Shown piece by piece: positions 1-9,370 of a stretch of 64,000 nucleotides of DNA. The notes beneath the pieces were generated by a model. The model was not told the DNA's origin. It saw nothing but the letters and a program-made list of their open reading frames with translations, and searched no databases. Every line of letters begins with the position of its first letter. Within the stretch, counting starts at the first letter, position 1. The position numbers and the translations under genes were made by a program. Source of the DNA: an uncultured delta proteobacterium. GTDB taxonomy: Bacteria > Desulfobacterota > Desulfobacteria > Desulfobacterales > JAFDCJ01. The stretch is taken from contig CAVYNY010000008.1 of the NCBI GenBank assembly GCA_963769935.1, positions 144,154-208,153 on the forward strand, read 5' to 3'.

Positions 1-151
1 TTTCGAGTGAGTCTTGTATTGTCTGTTCCTTCAGAGAGTTGACGAGGAACAAACGCGGCAGCGCCGAACGGTCGATTCCTTTCTTTGCCGCCATTTCATC
101 AATCTTGTTCACGTATTCGTCATCCAGACGAGTCGTCACTGTTTTTGCCAT
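1..151 (-). CDS. RHH/UPF0175-like antitoxin, N-terminal part (runs off window start)
   Basis: Manual translation MAKTVTTRLDDEYVNKIDEMAAKKGIDRSALPRLFL...: beta-strand then helix-helix pattern; GGAG RBS upstream; similar layout to 7100..7405. Confidence 0.65.
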   Translation of the reverse strand, partial: MAKTVTTRLDDEYVNKIDEMAAKKGIDRSALPRLFLVNSLKEQTIQDSLE

Positions 152-426
152 AATCTGCTCCCATAGTCTCGTGTTTGCAATTGAAAAAATTGCATACGGG
201 GTAATGCCAATCAGCTAATAAGTCAAGCCAAAATAAAAAGCGGCCATTGAGATGATCGGCAACGCACCGCATGGCAACGTTTTTGAATCGATAGAAGGGG
301 AAGATTTTGAACAGCGGTGAAATCTATTAGGATATGATTTTTTTCCTTGCGCCGTAGGCCTTACGCCCTACGTCACTGCGAAATTGGCAATAGCCTTGGA
401 AGTGGCGGAGACCATTTTAGCGTATC

Positions 427-642
427 CTAAAATATAATATTATGAATAAGCCCCCTCATATATACACTGCACCACCTGGAAACCCGCACCCAGCTCCTGC
501 GTCGCTCACCGATTCTACGCCTCTCACGCCGTCGGCGACGTTCTGCTCCGCCCTCGAAAAAATAGTCCAGGCAGTATACTTTGCGGTTATCATCGCCGGA
601 ACGACGATCGATTTGGGAACGTTTCGCGAGAGCAGCCATCAT
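427..642 (-). CDS. small Arg-rich hypothetical protein (DRRSG/ERR motifs)
   Basis: 71 aa ORF with DRRSGDDNR...LDYF..GGAERR...ERR...WVRVSRW; same strand as the locus. Confidence 0.55.
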   Translation of the reverse strand: MMAALAKRSQIDRRSGDDNRKVYCLDYFFEGGAERRRRRERRRIGERRRSWVRVSRWCSVYMRGLIHNIIF

Positions 643-794
643 AGTATCATTTTAGCCTCAATATTGACGCTCCAAAAATTACCGTGATATTGTTGCTGAA
701 ATTTCAAAAACTTCGTCGAAACCTGTCAGGGATGGTTCAAACGCATGAAACTTAAACGATGGCTATTTACAGAATTTTCCACCACCAAAAAATC

Positions 795-1988
795 TTATAA
801 TTCGACTCGGCACTTATCTATCAACACCAGCATGGTTCCGAGAATAAATCCTAAGGGGTACTGGGCATATTTAGAGTAAAAAGGAAAGGTCAAACTGCTG
901 TGGATCATCCAGCACATGAAGATGACAAGCAGGCATTTAAGCAAGACAGAAATGTTTTTGTGCGTCGCGTTTTTCAAGGCTTTAATCGTCATGACAAATA
1001 CAGCCGCAAGTCCCCCAAAGACCAGCAAAAGTCCGGTAATGCCATTATCGTATAAGACCCCGAGCGGATGAAGGTGCGGGAAAAAATACGGCTTGAACTG
1101 CGGAGCGGAATAGTCGGCATAGATCGCACGATATCCTCCGATCCCGTTGCCGAATATCCAGTCAATGATGTTATTTTTTTCAAGCATTTGCAAGGCGCTT
1201 TGCCAGAAAGAGACTCTTTCTTCGGTCCTTAAATTGATAATGAGTTCTTCCAGGTGGTTGACGGCCCCCCCATAGTTGGTAATGTAAAGAAATGCAAAGC
1301 ACAGGACGATGGCCGCAAGTCCGATCCATCTGGTACGAGTCCTTATAAAGAAGACCAGGATAAAAAGCGAAGAAAACGTCAACGCCAGTATCGCAGGGCG
1401 GGATCCGCTTCGCACAAGCATATCGGCCGCCATCAGCGCAATCGGGATATAGCCCCATTTATACCAGCCATCGGCGGTCCAGAATGAGTAGACAATCAGC
1501 GGCAATGTTGAAATCATGAGATTGGATAAATAGTGCGGGTTGGTGTAGGTGCCGTAAGGCAGGCTAAAGAATTTCACGGCCGCAAATTGCCAGCAGATGC
1601 AAAGGCACCAAACAGCCGGCAGATACGCATAGACACGCGAATCAATTTTTTTCAGGCTGAGGCAATGGATGGTAAAGACAATAAAAAGCATCCGCAGAAG
1701 ATACATCACATAGTTTGATTTAACTTTGTGGGACGCAAACAGAAAGCCGAAAATTATCAGATAGAAGCAAATCGCCAGGGCAATCCAGTAGGTCAAAGGT
1801 ATTTGCCTGAGTTTGTACTCTCCTGCTATCAGGTTTAACAGTACGAAACAAGCGCCAACGTCGATGAAAACAACCACCCCGCCGCGATTGAGCGCAAAGA
1901 AACAGAAAAAGGCGCCTGTCAAAGCTGCGATGAGCCAGTATCCGCTGGTAAGTAGTTCTTTTACGGTCGATAGCTTCAGGTTTACCAT
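795..1988 (-). CDS. O-antigen ligase/Wzy_C family membrane protein
   Basis: 397 aa polytopic protein; SGSRPA, R..FW...L, IFGNGIGGY and FPH motifs typical of WaaL/Wzy_C. Confidence 0.8.
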   Translation of the reverse strand: MVNLKLSTVKELLTSGYWLIAALTGAFFCFFALNRGGVVVFIDVGACFVLLNLIAGEYKLRQIPLTYWIALAICFYLIIFGFLFASHKVKSNYVMYLLRMLFIVFTIHCLSLKKIDSRVYAYLPAVWCLCICWQFAAVKFFSLPYGTYTNPHYLSNLMISTLPLIVYSFWTADGWYKWGYIPIALMAADMLVRSGSRPAILALTFSSLFILVFFIRTRTRWIGLAAIVLCFAFLYITNYGGAVNHLEELIINLRTEERVSFWQSALQMLEKNNIIDWIFGNGIGGYRAIYADYSAPQFKPYFFPHLHPLGVLYDNGITGLLLVFGGLAAVFVMTIKALKNATHKNISVLLKCLLVIFMCWMIHSSLTFPFYSKYAQYPLGFILGTMLVLIDKCRVEL

Positions 1989-1992
1989 AGTA

Positions 1993-2225
1993 GATCAGCC
2001 ACTAAGACCTAACCGGATAATCCGGAAAATTGCCACAAAGACTCAAAGGCACAAAGAAAGATTTTTGTTTGAATATTACTTTGTGTCTTGGTAGTTTGGT
2101 GGCAAAAATAAATTGCTATAAAATGCAAAGAACTCATTGCTAATGTATTAATAATGTGATCAGCCACTAAGACTCTAAGGCACTAAGAATTTTTTTAATA
2201 ACCCTTGGTGTCTTGGCGGCAAAAA
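1993..2225. repeat. cluster of GCCACWAAGAC-type palindromic repeats (family 2)
   Basis: 2008-2129 is a near inverted copy of 9254-9368; GATCAGCCACTAAGAC occurs at 1993 and 2158. Confidence 0.75.
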
Positions 2226-2277
2226 TTTTAAAGATTAAAGTCTTTCTTAGTGTCTTCAGTGTAAGATTTGAAAAAGG

Positions 2278-4110
2278 TTAAAGCTCCAAATTGACATCTG
2301 TGAGGCTGATGGCGAATCGTTTAAGGATCAGGTTTTTTTCCCGGCAAATTTTTTTTAGCAAGTTAAATTGTTCCGAATCATTCCGCGTAAAGGAGATGAT
2401 CAGGCAGCCGATATTGTGCTTTTTAACCAATTTTTCAATATCCTTAAATGCCCCCAGTATCGGAAACCCCTGGAGCCGTTTGCCCGTCTTCAACAAATCA
2501 TCATCGATGAACCCGATCGGTTCGATATTTAATTTTGTATTGTTTAAAATTTCGCGCAACAGCAGCTCGCCGCCGCACCCGGCCCCGTAAATCAGAGCTT
2601 TATCGCCGGCCAGAGATTTTCGTTTGATGGTATCGACAAAAAAGCGAAAAGACCCGCGGGTTCCCAGAAGAAACGCATTTGTCAGCAGCCAATCGATGAT
2701 AAAAATTCCCTTGGAAAAATCCGTAAAACGGTAAATAAATGTCACGGCCGCCACCGACAGGATGGACGCCAAGGTTGATGCCTTAACGAAAACGAAAGTG
2801 TCACTGGCCCCCATTGAGCCCCAGATGCCTCGGTAAAGGCCCACTGTAAAATAAGCGACCAGTTTACAAACGATGACCGCCGGTAGAGAATTTAAAAACA
2901 CTTTGAAATAGTAGGGAAAAACATCGGACGAAAAGCGGAGACGATAGGAAAGATAATAGGAGAAAGCAATCAGGCCCAGGTCAAGGATTACCTGCAAAAT
3001 TTGGCGTTTATAGGTCAGTTCGACCAATACGGGCGTGTATGGCTGGTCGCGCAAAAGTGAAAATTCTTTTTCCGGATAAACCCTTAATTGGGCCAGATAA
3101 ATTCCCATCAGGATAATGGCCACTCCTACCGGAATAATAGCCGCCGGCGATGTCAATGAATCACTGCGGCTCACAAATAGGGCGGCAAGCCCGGCAATAC
3201 CGCCTATGGCATACAAGGACAAGACCGCCTTTTTTTCACTTAAGCCCATCAATACCAAGCGATGGGAAGCATGGTCCCGTCCGCCCGAGGAAGCTTTGCG
3301 CCTGCTTAACAGGCGGATCAGAGTAACCAGGGTGGTATCAAAAATCGGGACCATGAGCAGCATGACCGGCACGGCAATATTGGACAACTCGATTGTGGGC
3401 TGTATGCCGGAGAAGTAAAGGCTGAGAATGGACAGGCAGAATCCAATCGGCAGGCTCCCGCTATCCCCCATAAAAATGGAGGCCGGATTAAAGTTGTAAA
3501 TTAAAAATGCGGCTAAGGTACCGGCAAGGGCCATGGCCAAGAGGGACGCCTGCGGCAGGATCGACCAATATAAAACCACCAGGAACCCCGCCGCGATCAA
3601 CCCAATGCCGGCGCAGAGTCCATCAATATTATCCAGCAGGTTAAATGCATTGGTAATCCCCACAATCCAGCCGATGGTTACCATGGTGTCAAGAGTCAGG
3701 GAGGTAAACCAATGCAGCCGCAGTCCCAGAAACGCAGCAAACGAGGCAATGATAATTTGCCCGATCAATTTGGTCTGAGGTTTAATATGGATAAAATCAT
3801 CCAGCAGACCGAGCATAAATAAAAAAGTGATGCCGATCCACAAAACGGCGGCCGGTGAAGGAAGCTGCACGGCGCCGTCCGATCTGAAAAAATGCGTCAG
3901 AATGGTGGAAAAATCCGCCGTAAAAAAAGACGCACTCGCAAGGCCGAGGTAAATAGCGATACCGCCCAGCAGGGCGGTCGGTTGCTTGTGCCATCTTTGT
4001 TCCGAGGGCAGATCGATCCAGCCCTTTTTCAGCGCAACAAACCGAACAAGCGGGGTGGCAATAAGACACACTACAAATGATAGCAAGGGAATGAAGAAAG
4101 TCATTACCAA
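2278..4110 (-). CDS. WecA/MraY-family undecaprenyl-phosphate sugar-phosphotransferase fused to a PglF/CapD-like membrane plus Rossmann domain
   Basis: GLLDD, NAFNLLDNIDGL, FMGDSGS and DHASHRL motifs; C-terminus has LYRGIW, ALIYGAGCGGE, GFIDDD. Confidence 0.85.
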   Translation of the reverse strand: MVMTFFIPLLSFVVCLIATPLVRFVALKKGWIDLPSEQRWHKQPTALLGGIAIYLGLASASFFTADFSTILTHFFRSDGAVQLPSPAAVLWIGITFLFMLGLLDDFIHIKPQTKLIGQIIIASFAAFLGLRLHWFTSLTLDTMVTIGWIVGITNAFNLLDNIDGLCAGIGLIAAGFLVVLYWSILPQASLLAMALAGTLAAFLIYNFNPASIFMGDSGSLPIGFCLSILSLYFSGIQPTIELSNIAVPVMLLMVPIFDTTLVTLIRLLSRRKASSGGRDHASHRLVLMGLSEKKAVLSLYAIGGIAGLAALFVSRSDSLTSPAAIIPVGVAIILMGIYLAQLRVYPEKEFSLLRDQPYTPVLVELTYKRQILQVILDLGLIAFSYYLSYRLRFSSDVFPYYFKVFLNSLPAVIVCKLVAYFTVGLYRGIWGSMGASDTFVFVKASTLASILSVAAVTFIYRFTDFSKGIFIIDWLLTNAFLLGTRGSFRFFVDTIKRKSLAGDKALIYGAGCGGELLLREILNNTKLNIEPIGFIDDDLLKTGKRLQGFPILGAFKDIEKLVKKHNIGCLIISFTRNDSEQFNLLKKICREKNLILKRFAISLTDVNLEL

Positions 4111-4153
4111 AGAATTATGGCATTTTGAATTTGGTGTTTTTGGATATTAAAAA

Positions 4154-4199
4154 GGAATGGATTCGTTTATTGTTTTTCCTATTAAAATAGAATCCATTC
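4154..4199. repeat. short palindrome GGAATGGATTC...GAATCCATTC
   Basis: Same arms as the larger element at 11443-11700; overlaps the epimerase stop codon. Confidence 0.65.
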
Positions 4200-5175
4200 A
4201 TCTTCCCATTTTCATGAAGGCAATAATTTCGTTGAGGATACCATCAAGATTGCCATTGGGGTTGAAGCCAATGAGCTGTCGCACTTTGTCGATGCTCGGG
4301 ACGCGACGCAGCATGTCCTCAAAATTCTCTTCATAAGCTTTTTCATAAGGTATCAGATCGATCTCGGAAGATGATTCCGTCAGGGATATAATTTTCCCGG
4401 CCAGGTCCAGAATCGATATCTCTTCCGTGCCGCCGATATTAAACACCTGCCCGAACGCTTCTTCCTTTTCCACCAATCCCATGAAGGCCTGAACAACATC
4501 TTTGACGCCGGTAAACGTCCGGGTTTGCAAGCCGTCCCCATAAACCGTCAAGGGATCATTGTTCAGGGCCTGGGCAATAAATCTGGGCACCACCATCCCG
4601 TAAGCTCCGGTTTGCCGGGGTCCGATGGTGTTAAACAAGCGCGCTATGGCAACCTTAAGATTTTTGGTTCGATAGTAGGCCAGCGCAGTGAACTCATCCA
4701 TGAGTTTGGAGGCGGCATAGCTCCATCTGGATTTGCTGGAGGGCCCATACACGATGTTATCCGTCTCGACCAGCGGGGCGTGGGTGTGTTTGCCGTATAC
4801 CTCCGATGAGGAGGCGATGAGCACCTTTTTTTTGAATTTAGCGCACAGTTCGAGAACCTTCTCAGTTCCCTGGATATTTATTTTAATCGATTCGAGCGGG
4901 TTGTCCAGAATGTATCTCACGCCCACGGCCGCGGCCAGATGAAAAACGACATCGCAAATGCCGATTAATTCCAACATGGTTTCATGATGGAGGATGCTGT
5001 CAATGTGGACAAAGACGCTGTTGCTGAAACGGTCGTCTTTTTGGAGGAATTCGATATTTTCCATAGAGCCGGTTGTAAGATCGTCGACGATGTAGACTTC
5101 ATCGCCCTTCTCCAGATAGGCTTCAGCCAGATGAGATCCGATAAATCCGGCCCCGCCGGTGATAAGAACTCGCAT
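4198..5175 (-). CDS. NAD-dependent nucleotide-sugar epimerase/dehydratase (extended SDR)
   Basis: GGAGFIG, SSSEVYG, YAASK motifs. Confidence 0.92.
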   Translation of the reverse strand: MRVLITGGAGFIGSHLAEAYLEKGDEVYIVDDLTTGSMENIEFLQKDDRFSNSVFVHIDSILHHETMLELIGICDVVFHLAAAVGVRYILDNPLESIKINIQGTEKVLELCAKFKKKVLIASSSEVYGKHTHAPLVETDNIVYGPSSKSRWSYAASKLMDEFTALAYYRTKNLKVAIARLFNTIGPRQTGAYGMVVPRFIAQALNNDPLTVYGDGLQTRTFTGVKDVVQAFMGLVEKEEAFGQVFNIGGTEEISILDLAGKIISLTESSSEIDLIPYEKAYEENFEDMLRRVPSIDKVRQLIGFNPNGNLDGILNEIIAFMKMGR

Positions 5176-5399
5176 ATATGCTCCTTTACGGGCATTAAGC
5201 TAAATTATAAAATACCCAAAGATTAAATCTGTTCTCGGAGAAATGCCACTAAGACTCGAAGTCACAAAGAAAGACTTTTGCTTGAATATTCCTTTTTTAT
5301 CTCCCTCCTTCAATCCCGACAAGGGGGGAATGTAGGATCTCCTCCCCCTCGACGGGGGAGGCTGGGTGGACGTGAATTAAATGAATAATGATTTTGTTT

Positions 5400-5514
5400 C
5401 CTGCAAGGCATGTGCTCTTTGTTCGAATCGTAACACCAGCCAACGCTCTATCGGCTGGTGTACCCGATTCGAACAAAAACCCTTCGCGCTCTTCGCGCCT
5501 TCGCGGTTCAATCT
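5400..5514. repeat. dispersed copy of the hairpin module of the 43.1-45.0 kb array, inverted
   Basis: TTTGTTCGAATCGTAACACCAGCC...CGGCTGGTGTACCCGATTCG...CTTCGCGCCTTCGCGGTTCAAT is the reverse complement of the array module. Confidence 0.9.
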
Positions 5515-5555
5515 TATTATACCAACAACCCACAAACCACAACCGACAAGCACAT

Positions 5556-6245
5556 TTAACGAAAGATATTGTATTTCAAAATGGAATAGATGGCCCGCAA
5601 ACCGTCCCGCCACCCAATCTTCTTGCCCTCCGCATACGTCCGGCCGTAGTAAGAGATGCCGACCTCATAAATGCGCCAGCCGCCTTTGGCGACCTTGGCT
5701 GTAATCTCCGGTTCAAAACCAAATCGATTTTCTTCAATCGTTATGGATTGAATCACCTCGCGCCGAAACATTTTGTAGCAGGTTTCCATATCGGTCAGGT
5801 TAATATTGGTGAGCATGTTCGAAACCAGCGTGAGAAAGCGATTGCCCACCATGTGCCAGAAGTAAACCACCCGGTGCGGGTTGCCGCCCAAAAATCGGGA
5901 GCCGAAAACCACATCGGCATTACCGGAGATGATGGGGTCCATCAAATTGGGATACTCCCGGGGGTTATACTCCAGATCCGCATCCTGGACAACGACGATA
6001 TCCCCGGTTGCCTCTTTGAAACCGGATCTGAGCGCCGCCCCCTTCCCCATATTCCTGGGATGATAGATCACCCTGGTCACAATCGGCTCGATTTCTTTTT
6101 GGATGAGCTCTTTGCCCCCATCCGTTGAGGCATCATCAACGATAATGATTTCTACTTCATCAACCGATGCGGTTTTAACTTTACCCACGATTTCTTTAAT
6201 CGTTTCGCGTTCATTAAAGCATGGTATGACCACAGATAATTTCAT
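5556..6245 (-). CDS. glycosyltransferase family 2 (DPM1-like polyprenol-phosphate glycosyltransferase)
   Basis: [45 protein letters not shown]. Confidence 0.93.
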   Translation of the reverse strand: MKLSVVIPCFNERETIKEIVGKVKTASVDEVEIIIVDDASTDGGKELIQKEIEPIVTRVIYHPRNMGKGAALRSGFKEATGDIVVVQDADLEYNPREYPNLMDPIISGNADVVFGSRFLGGNPHRVVYFWHMVGNRFLTLVSNMLTNINLTDMETCYKMFRREVIQSITIEENRFGFEPEITAKVAKGGWRIYEVGISYYGRTYAEGKKIGWRDGLRAIYSILKYNIFR

Positions 6246-6559
6246 CTTCCCAACAACTCGCCGTATAACATTTTAATATCGTTTATTAGCCTTTTCTGAT
6301 CATAATTAGTCAGCACGAATTTCCTGGCTTTTTCAATCATGGGCTGCAGAGCAGCTGGGTTTTCCGACAAATACATAAATGCCTGCGCCATGGCTTTAGC
6401 ATCTCCTGTTTCAACCATCAACCCTCTTTCAGCTATCAAAAAACCTTCGGGCCTTTTTTCTTTGACGCCGCCCAGCAAATCCGTCACACCACCGACTGCA
6501 GTTGCAACCACCGGTCGGCAAGATGCCATCGCTTCAATCAGAGCCACCGGGGTTCCTTC
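5947..6559. repeat. 613-bp direct repeat, copy 1 (GT4 3' end plus GT2 5' half)
   Basis: Matches 7665-8277 at offset 1718; mismatches seen at 5964, 5966 and 6542. Confidence 0.95.
6242..6559 (-). pseudogene. duplicated 3' fragment of the GT4 gene
   Basis: EGTPVALIEAMAS...ELLGR identical to the C-terminus of 7960..8865; lacks the N-terminal domain. Confidence 0.85.
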
Positions 6560-6596
6560 CTTATTGGAATCGCTCAATTTAGGATTAAATTGTGTC

Positions 6597-6629
6597 TTGA
6601 CAAAATGTAGCTGATTAATTACATTTTGT
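6597..6629 (+). promoter_or_regulatory. sigma70 promoter with overlapping operator palindrome for the TA pair
   Basis: TTGACA (6597-6602), 17 bp spacer, TACATT (6620-6625); perfect inverted repeat ACAAAATGTA (6600-6609) / TACATTTTGT (6620-6629). Confidence 0.7.
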
Positions 6630-6632
6630 TAC

Positions 6633-7103
6633 ATGAAGCTTTTGATGGATGCAGATTGCCTCATTAAGCTTACCAAAGCCGGGTTGAAGGAACTGGTAGT
6701 GATTAAATCCAGAGTATTTATCCCGGAAGCGGTAAAAAGAGAAGTTGTTGATGCAGGTAAAAGGAAAGCCTGTGCTGACGCATTTGCAGTGGAACAAAAT
6801 ATTGAATCTAAACTTATTGCCGTTATTGATGTGCCTGTGAAGGCCGAAAAAGGAGATCAGGCATTAATTGTTGAATACTGGAATAAAGATTATGATGCCA
6901 TTGCTACTGATGATGCAAGATTATCTCGACATCTTAAAGCGTTGAATATACCCTTCATTTTACCAGGTCTCATTCTCTACCGGCTCCTGAAAGATAGAAA
7001 AACAGACTATAAAACGACTCTTTGGGCGCTGTACCAACTATCTGAATTCATCAGTGAAGATGAATTCGCCACGGTAAGATTATTAATGGAGAAAGAGAAA
7101 TGA
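6633..7103 (+). CDS. PIN-domain (DUF3368-like) toxin
   Basis: LLMDADCLI, IPEAVKREVV, GD, IATDDAR acidic PIN motifs; ATGA overlap with next gene. Confidence 0.8.
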   Translation: MKLLMDADCLIKLTKAGLKELVVIKSRVFIPEAVKREVVDAGKRKACADAFAVEQNIESKLIAVIDVPVKAEKGDQALIVEYWNKDYDAIATDDARLSRHLKALNIPFILPGLILYRLLKDRKTDYKTTLWALYQLSEFISEDEFATVRLLMEKEK

Positions 7104-7405
7104 AAGTAAAATCTATGAGAATTCCTGAGGACATTGATCAGGCTATCGATTACGTATCGAAGCTGGAAAAAATAGAAAAAGCCCAGTCGCTTCGAAAACT
7201 GGCCCGACTTGGATTTGAATATTATGTTGCTAAAAATTATCGGGAAGGTCGCATTACCCTTCGGAACACTTCGGATTTATTGAATTTAAATCTCTCCGAA
7301 ACTGTTGACCTTCTTTTAGAGATGGGAGTTAAAGGAAATATTCGGGCTAGCGATGTATATGCCAGCCTAAATTCAATTGCACCGTTGGATAAAACCAACG
7401 TTTGA
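7100..7405 (+). CDS. RHH/UPF0175-family antitoxin
   Basis: KSMRIPED..ID N-terminus and Y.EGRITL...DLL.L HTH-like C-terminus; translationally coupled to the PIN gene. Confidence 0.75.
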   Translation: MKVKSMRIPEDIDQAIDYVSKLEKIEKAQSLRKLARLGFEYYVAKNYREGRITLRNTSDLLNLNLSETVDLLLEMGVKGNIRASDVYASLNSIAPLDKTNV

Positions 7406-7636
7406 GCATAAAAATAGCTCATGACAAAAACAAACCTCATAAATTTTTTCAAGCAAACCCGGTCATAGTGCCTTATGTACCGCAAACACAGCATCTACAA
7501 TTTTCGCAGAGATAGATTCCTCTCTTTTTGACAAGAGTTTAAACTTCATATTCATTCTTCGTGTCTCCGTGTTTTAGTGGCTGATCTCTTACGGTCTATA
7601 AACGTGAAATGTATCGGCGTTACGAGGAATTAAAAA

Positions 7637-7963
7637 TCAAAACCTTTGGCAAAATAGACTCCGGTTGGGATACTCCCGGGGATCATACTCCAGATCCGCA
7701 TCCTGGACAACGACGATATCCCCGGTTGCCTCTTTGAAACCGGATCTGAGCGCCGCCCCCTTCCCCATATTCCTGGGATGATAGATCACCCTGGTCACAA
7801 TCGGCTCGATTTCTTTTTGGATGAGCTCTTTGCCCCCATCCGTTGAGGCATCATCAACGATAATGATTTCTACTTCATCAACCGATGCGGTTTTAACTTT
7901 ACCCACGATTTCTTTAATCGTTTCGCGTTCATTAAAGCATGGTATGACCACAGATAATTTCAT
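7637..7963 (-). pseudogene. truncated duplicate of the GT2 gene (5' half)
   Basis: Nearly identical N-terminal 100 aa to 5556..6245, diverging after EYPN at the repeat edge. Confidence 0.85.
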
Positions 7964-8277
7964 CTTCCCAACAACTCGCCGTATAACATTTTAATATCGT
8001 TTATTAGCCTTTTCTGATCATAATTAGTCAGCACGAATTTCCTGGCTTTTTCAATCATGGGCTGCAGAGCAGCTGGGTTTTCCGACAAATACATAAATGC
8101 CTGCGCCATGGCTTTAGCATCTCCTGTTTCAACCATCAACCCTCTTTCAGCTATCAAAAAACCTTCGGGCCTTTTTTCTTTGACGCCGCCCAGCAAATCC
8201 GTCACACCACCGACTGCAGTTGCAACCACCGGTCGGCAAGATGCCATCGCTTCAATCAGGGCCACCGGGGTTCCTTC
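7665..8277. repeat. 613-bp direct repeat, copy 2
   Basis: See copy 1. Confidence 0.95.
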
Positions 8278-9190
8278 ATTTTTAGAGGTCAGCGCAACCA
8301 CATCCAGTTCTGCGTAAATGGACGGCATATCTGTCTGCCAACCCTTAAACTCAACAGCTTTCATCAGGTTTAATTCAATGGCCCTTTCAGCGAAGGCTTC
8401 TCTCAGTTCACCATCCCCGACAATGAAAAATTTAAAATTATCAATTTTGCCTGAAAGCCTTAAACATTTTATAGCCTCGAGCAGCATAAAATGGTTTTTC
8501 ACAGCGGTGAACCGTCCGATAATCCCGATTCTTAATGGTTCGGGATTTTTCCCATTCTCGCTCTTTTGCCGTAATTGTCTCGGTGTATCATCAAATTTGG
8601 CGAATTTGGACAGATCGAATCCCAACGGAATAATTCGCACCTTTTCCTGATCGGCTATCCTGTAGGTAAGACAAATATCTTTTTTTTGCTGCTCGCTGAT
8701 AACGATGATTCTATCAGTTAGTCGGCCGAGCATTTTTTCAACCTGGATAAACACAAAACTCTTCAGCGGATTGAAATAACTGTGAAAGGTATGCCCGTGA
8801 AAGGTATGCACCATGCGAACCTTTTTTGACGAGGCAAGCGGCTTCCTTAAGCTTAAAACCGCCAATCGTCCAATGGTTCCGGCTTTGGCGGTATGCGTAT
8901 GGAGAATGTCCGGCTGGAAACGTTTAATTATTTTTCGAATGCTTAAAAAGGATTTTAGATCACTCCCACAGGGATATATCGCGTCCGAACTCTTTAATCA
9001 CCAACGGCTCAACCTTTTTTTCATCGGCAAGGTAGGCCATATCGCCTTCCCCGGGACTTAAACTGCCGCAAACCAGCAGGGTTTGGTAGTGATTGCCTGA
9101 GAGTTCTTTGCTCAAATTGACAGCCTGAATGGCCGGCCCGCCGATATTCAGCCGTGCAATAAGACGAAGAATTTTGATGGGTTTGTCCAT
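7960..9190 (-). CDS. glycosyltransferase family 4 (frameshift near 8960)
   Basis: ARLNIGGPA N-terminus (8960..9190), HTFHGH and SKNEGTPVALIEAM motifs downstream. Confidence 0.88.
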
Positions 9191-9253
9191 ATGGATTGCT
9201 CTAAAGGGCGGGACATATTGCAGGTTGTCTGTTGCGGGTCGTAAAGGATGTCA

Positions 9254-9368
9254 TTTGCATTTTATGGCAGAATATTTTTGCCACCAAGGCACAAAGGATT
9301 AATCAAACAAAAATCTTTCTTCGTGTCTTTGAGTCTTTGTGGCAACTTTCCGGTTTATCCGGGTTAGG
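9254..9368. repeat. family 2 palindromic element, inverted copy of 2008-2129
   Basis: Reverse complement reads CCTAACCCGGATAAACCGGAAAGTTGCCACAAAGACTCAAAGACACGAAGAAAGATTTTTGTTTG...ATAAAATGCAAA. Confidence 0.85.
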
Positions 9369-9370
9369 TT

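Noticed and set aside
5300..5373. CTCCCCCTCGACGGGGGAG hairpin as a terminator
   Set aside because: No U-tract; more like another REP-type palindrome, but single copy here so not assigned.
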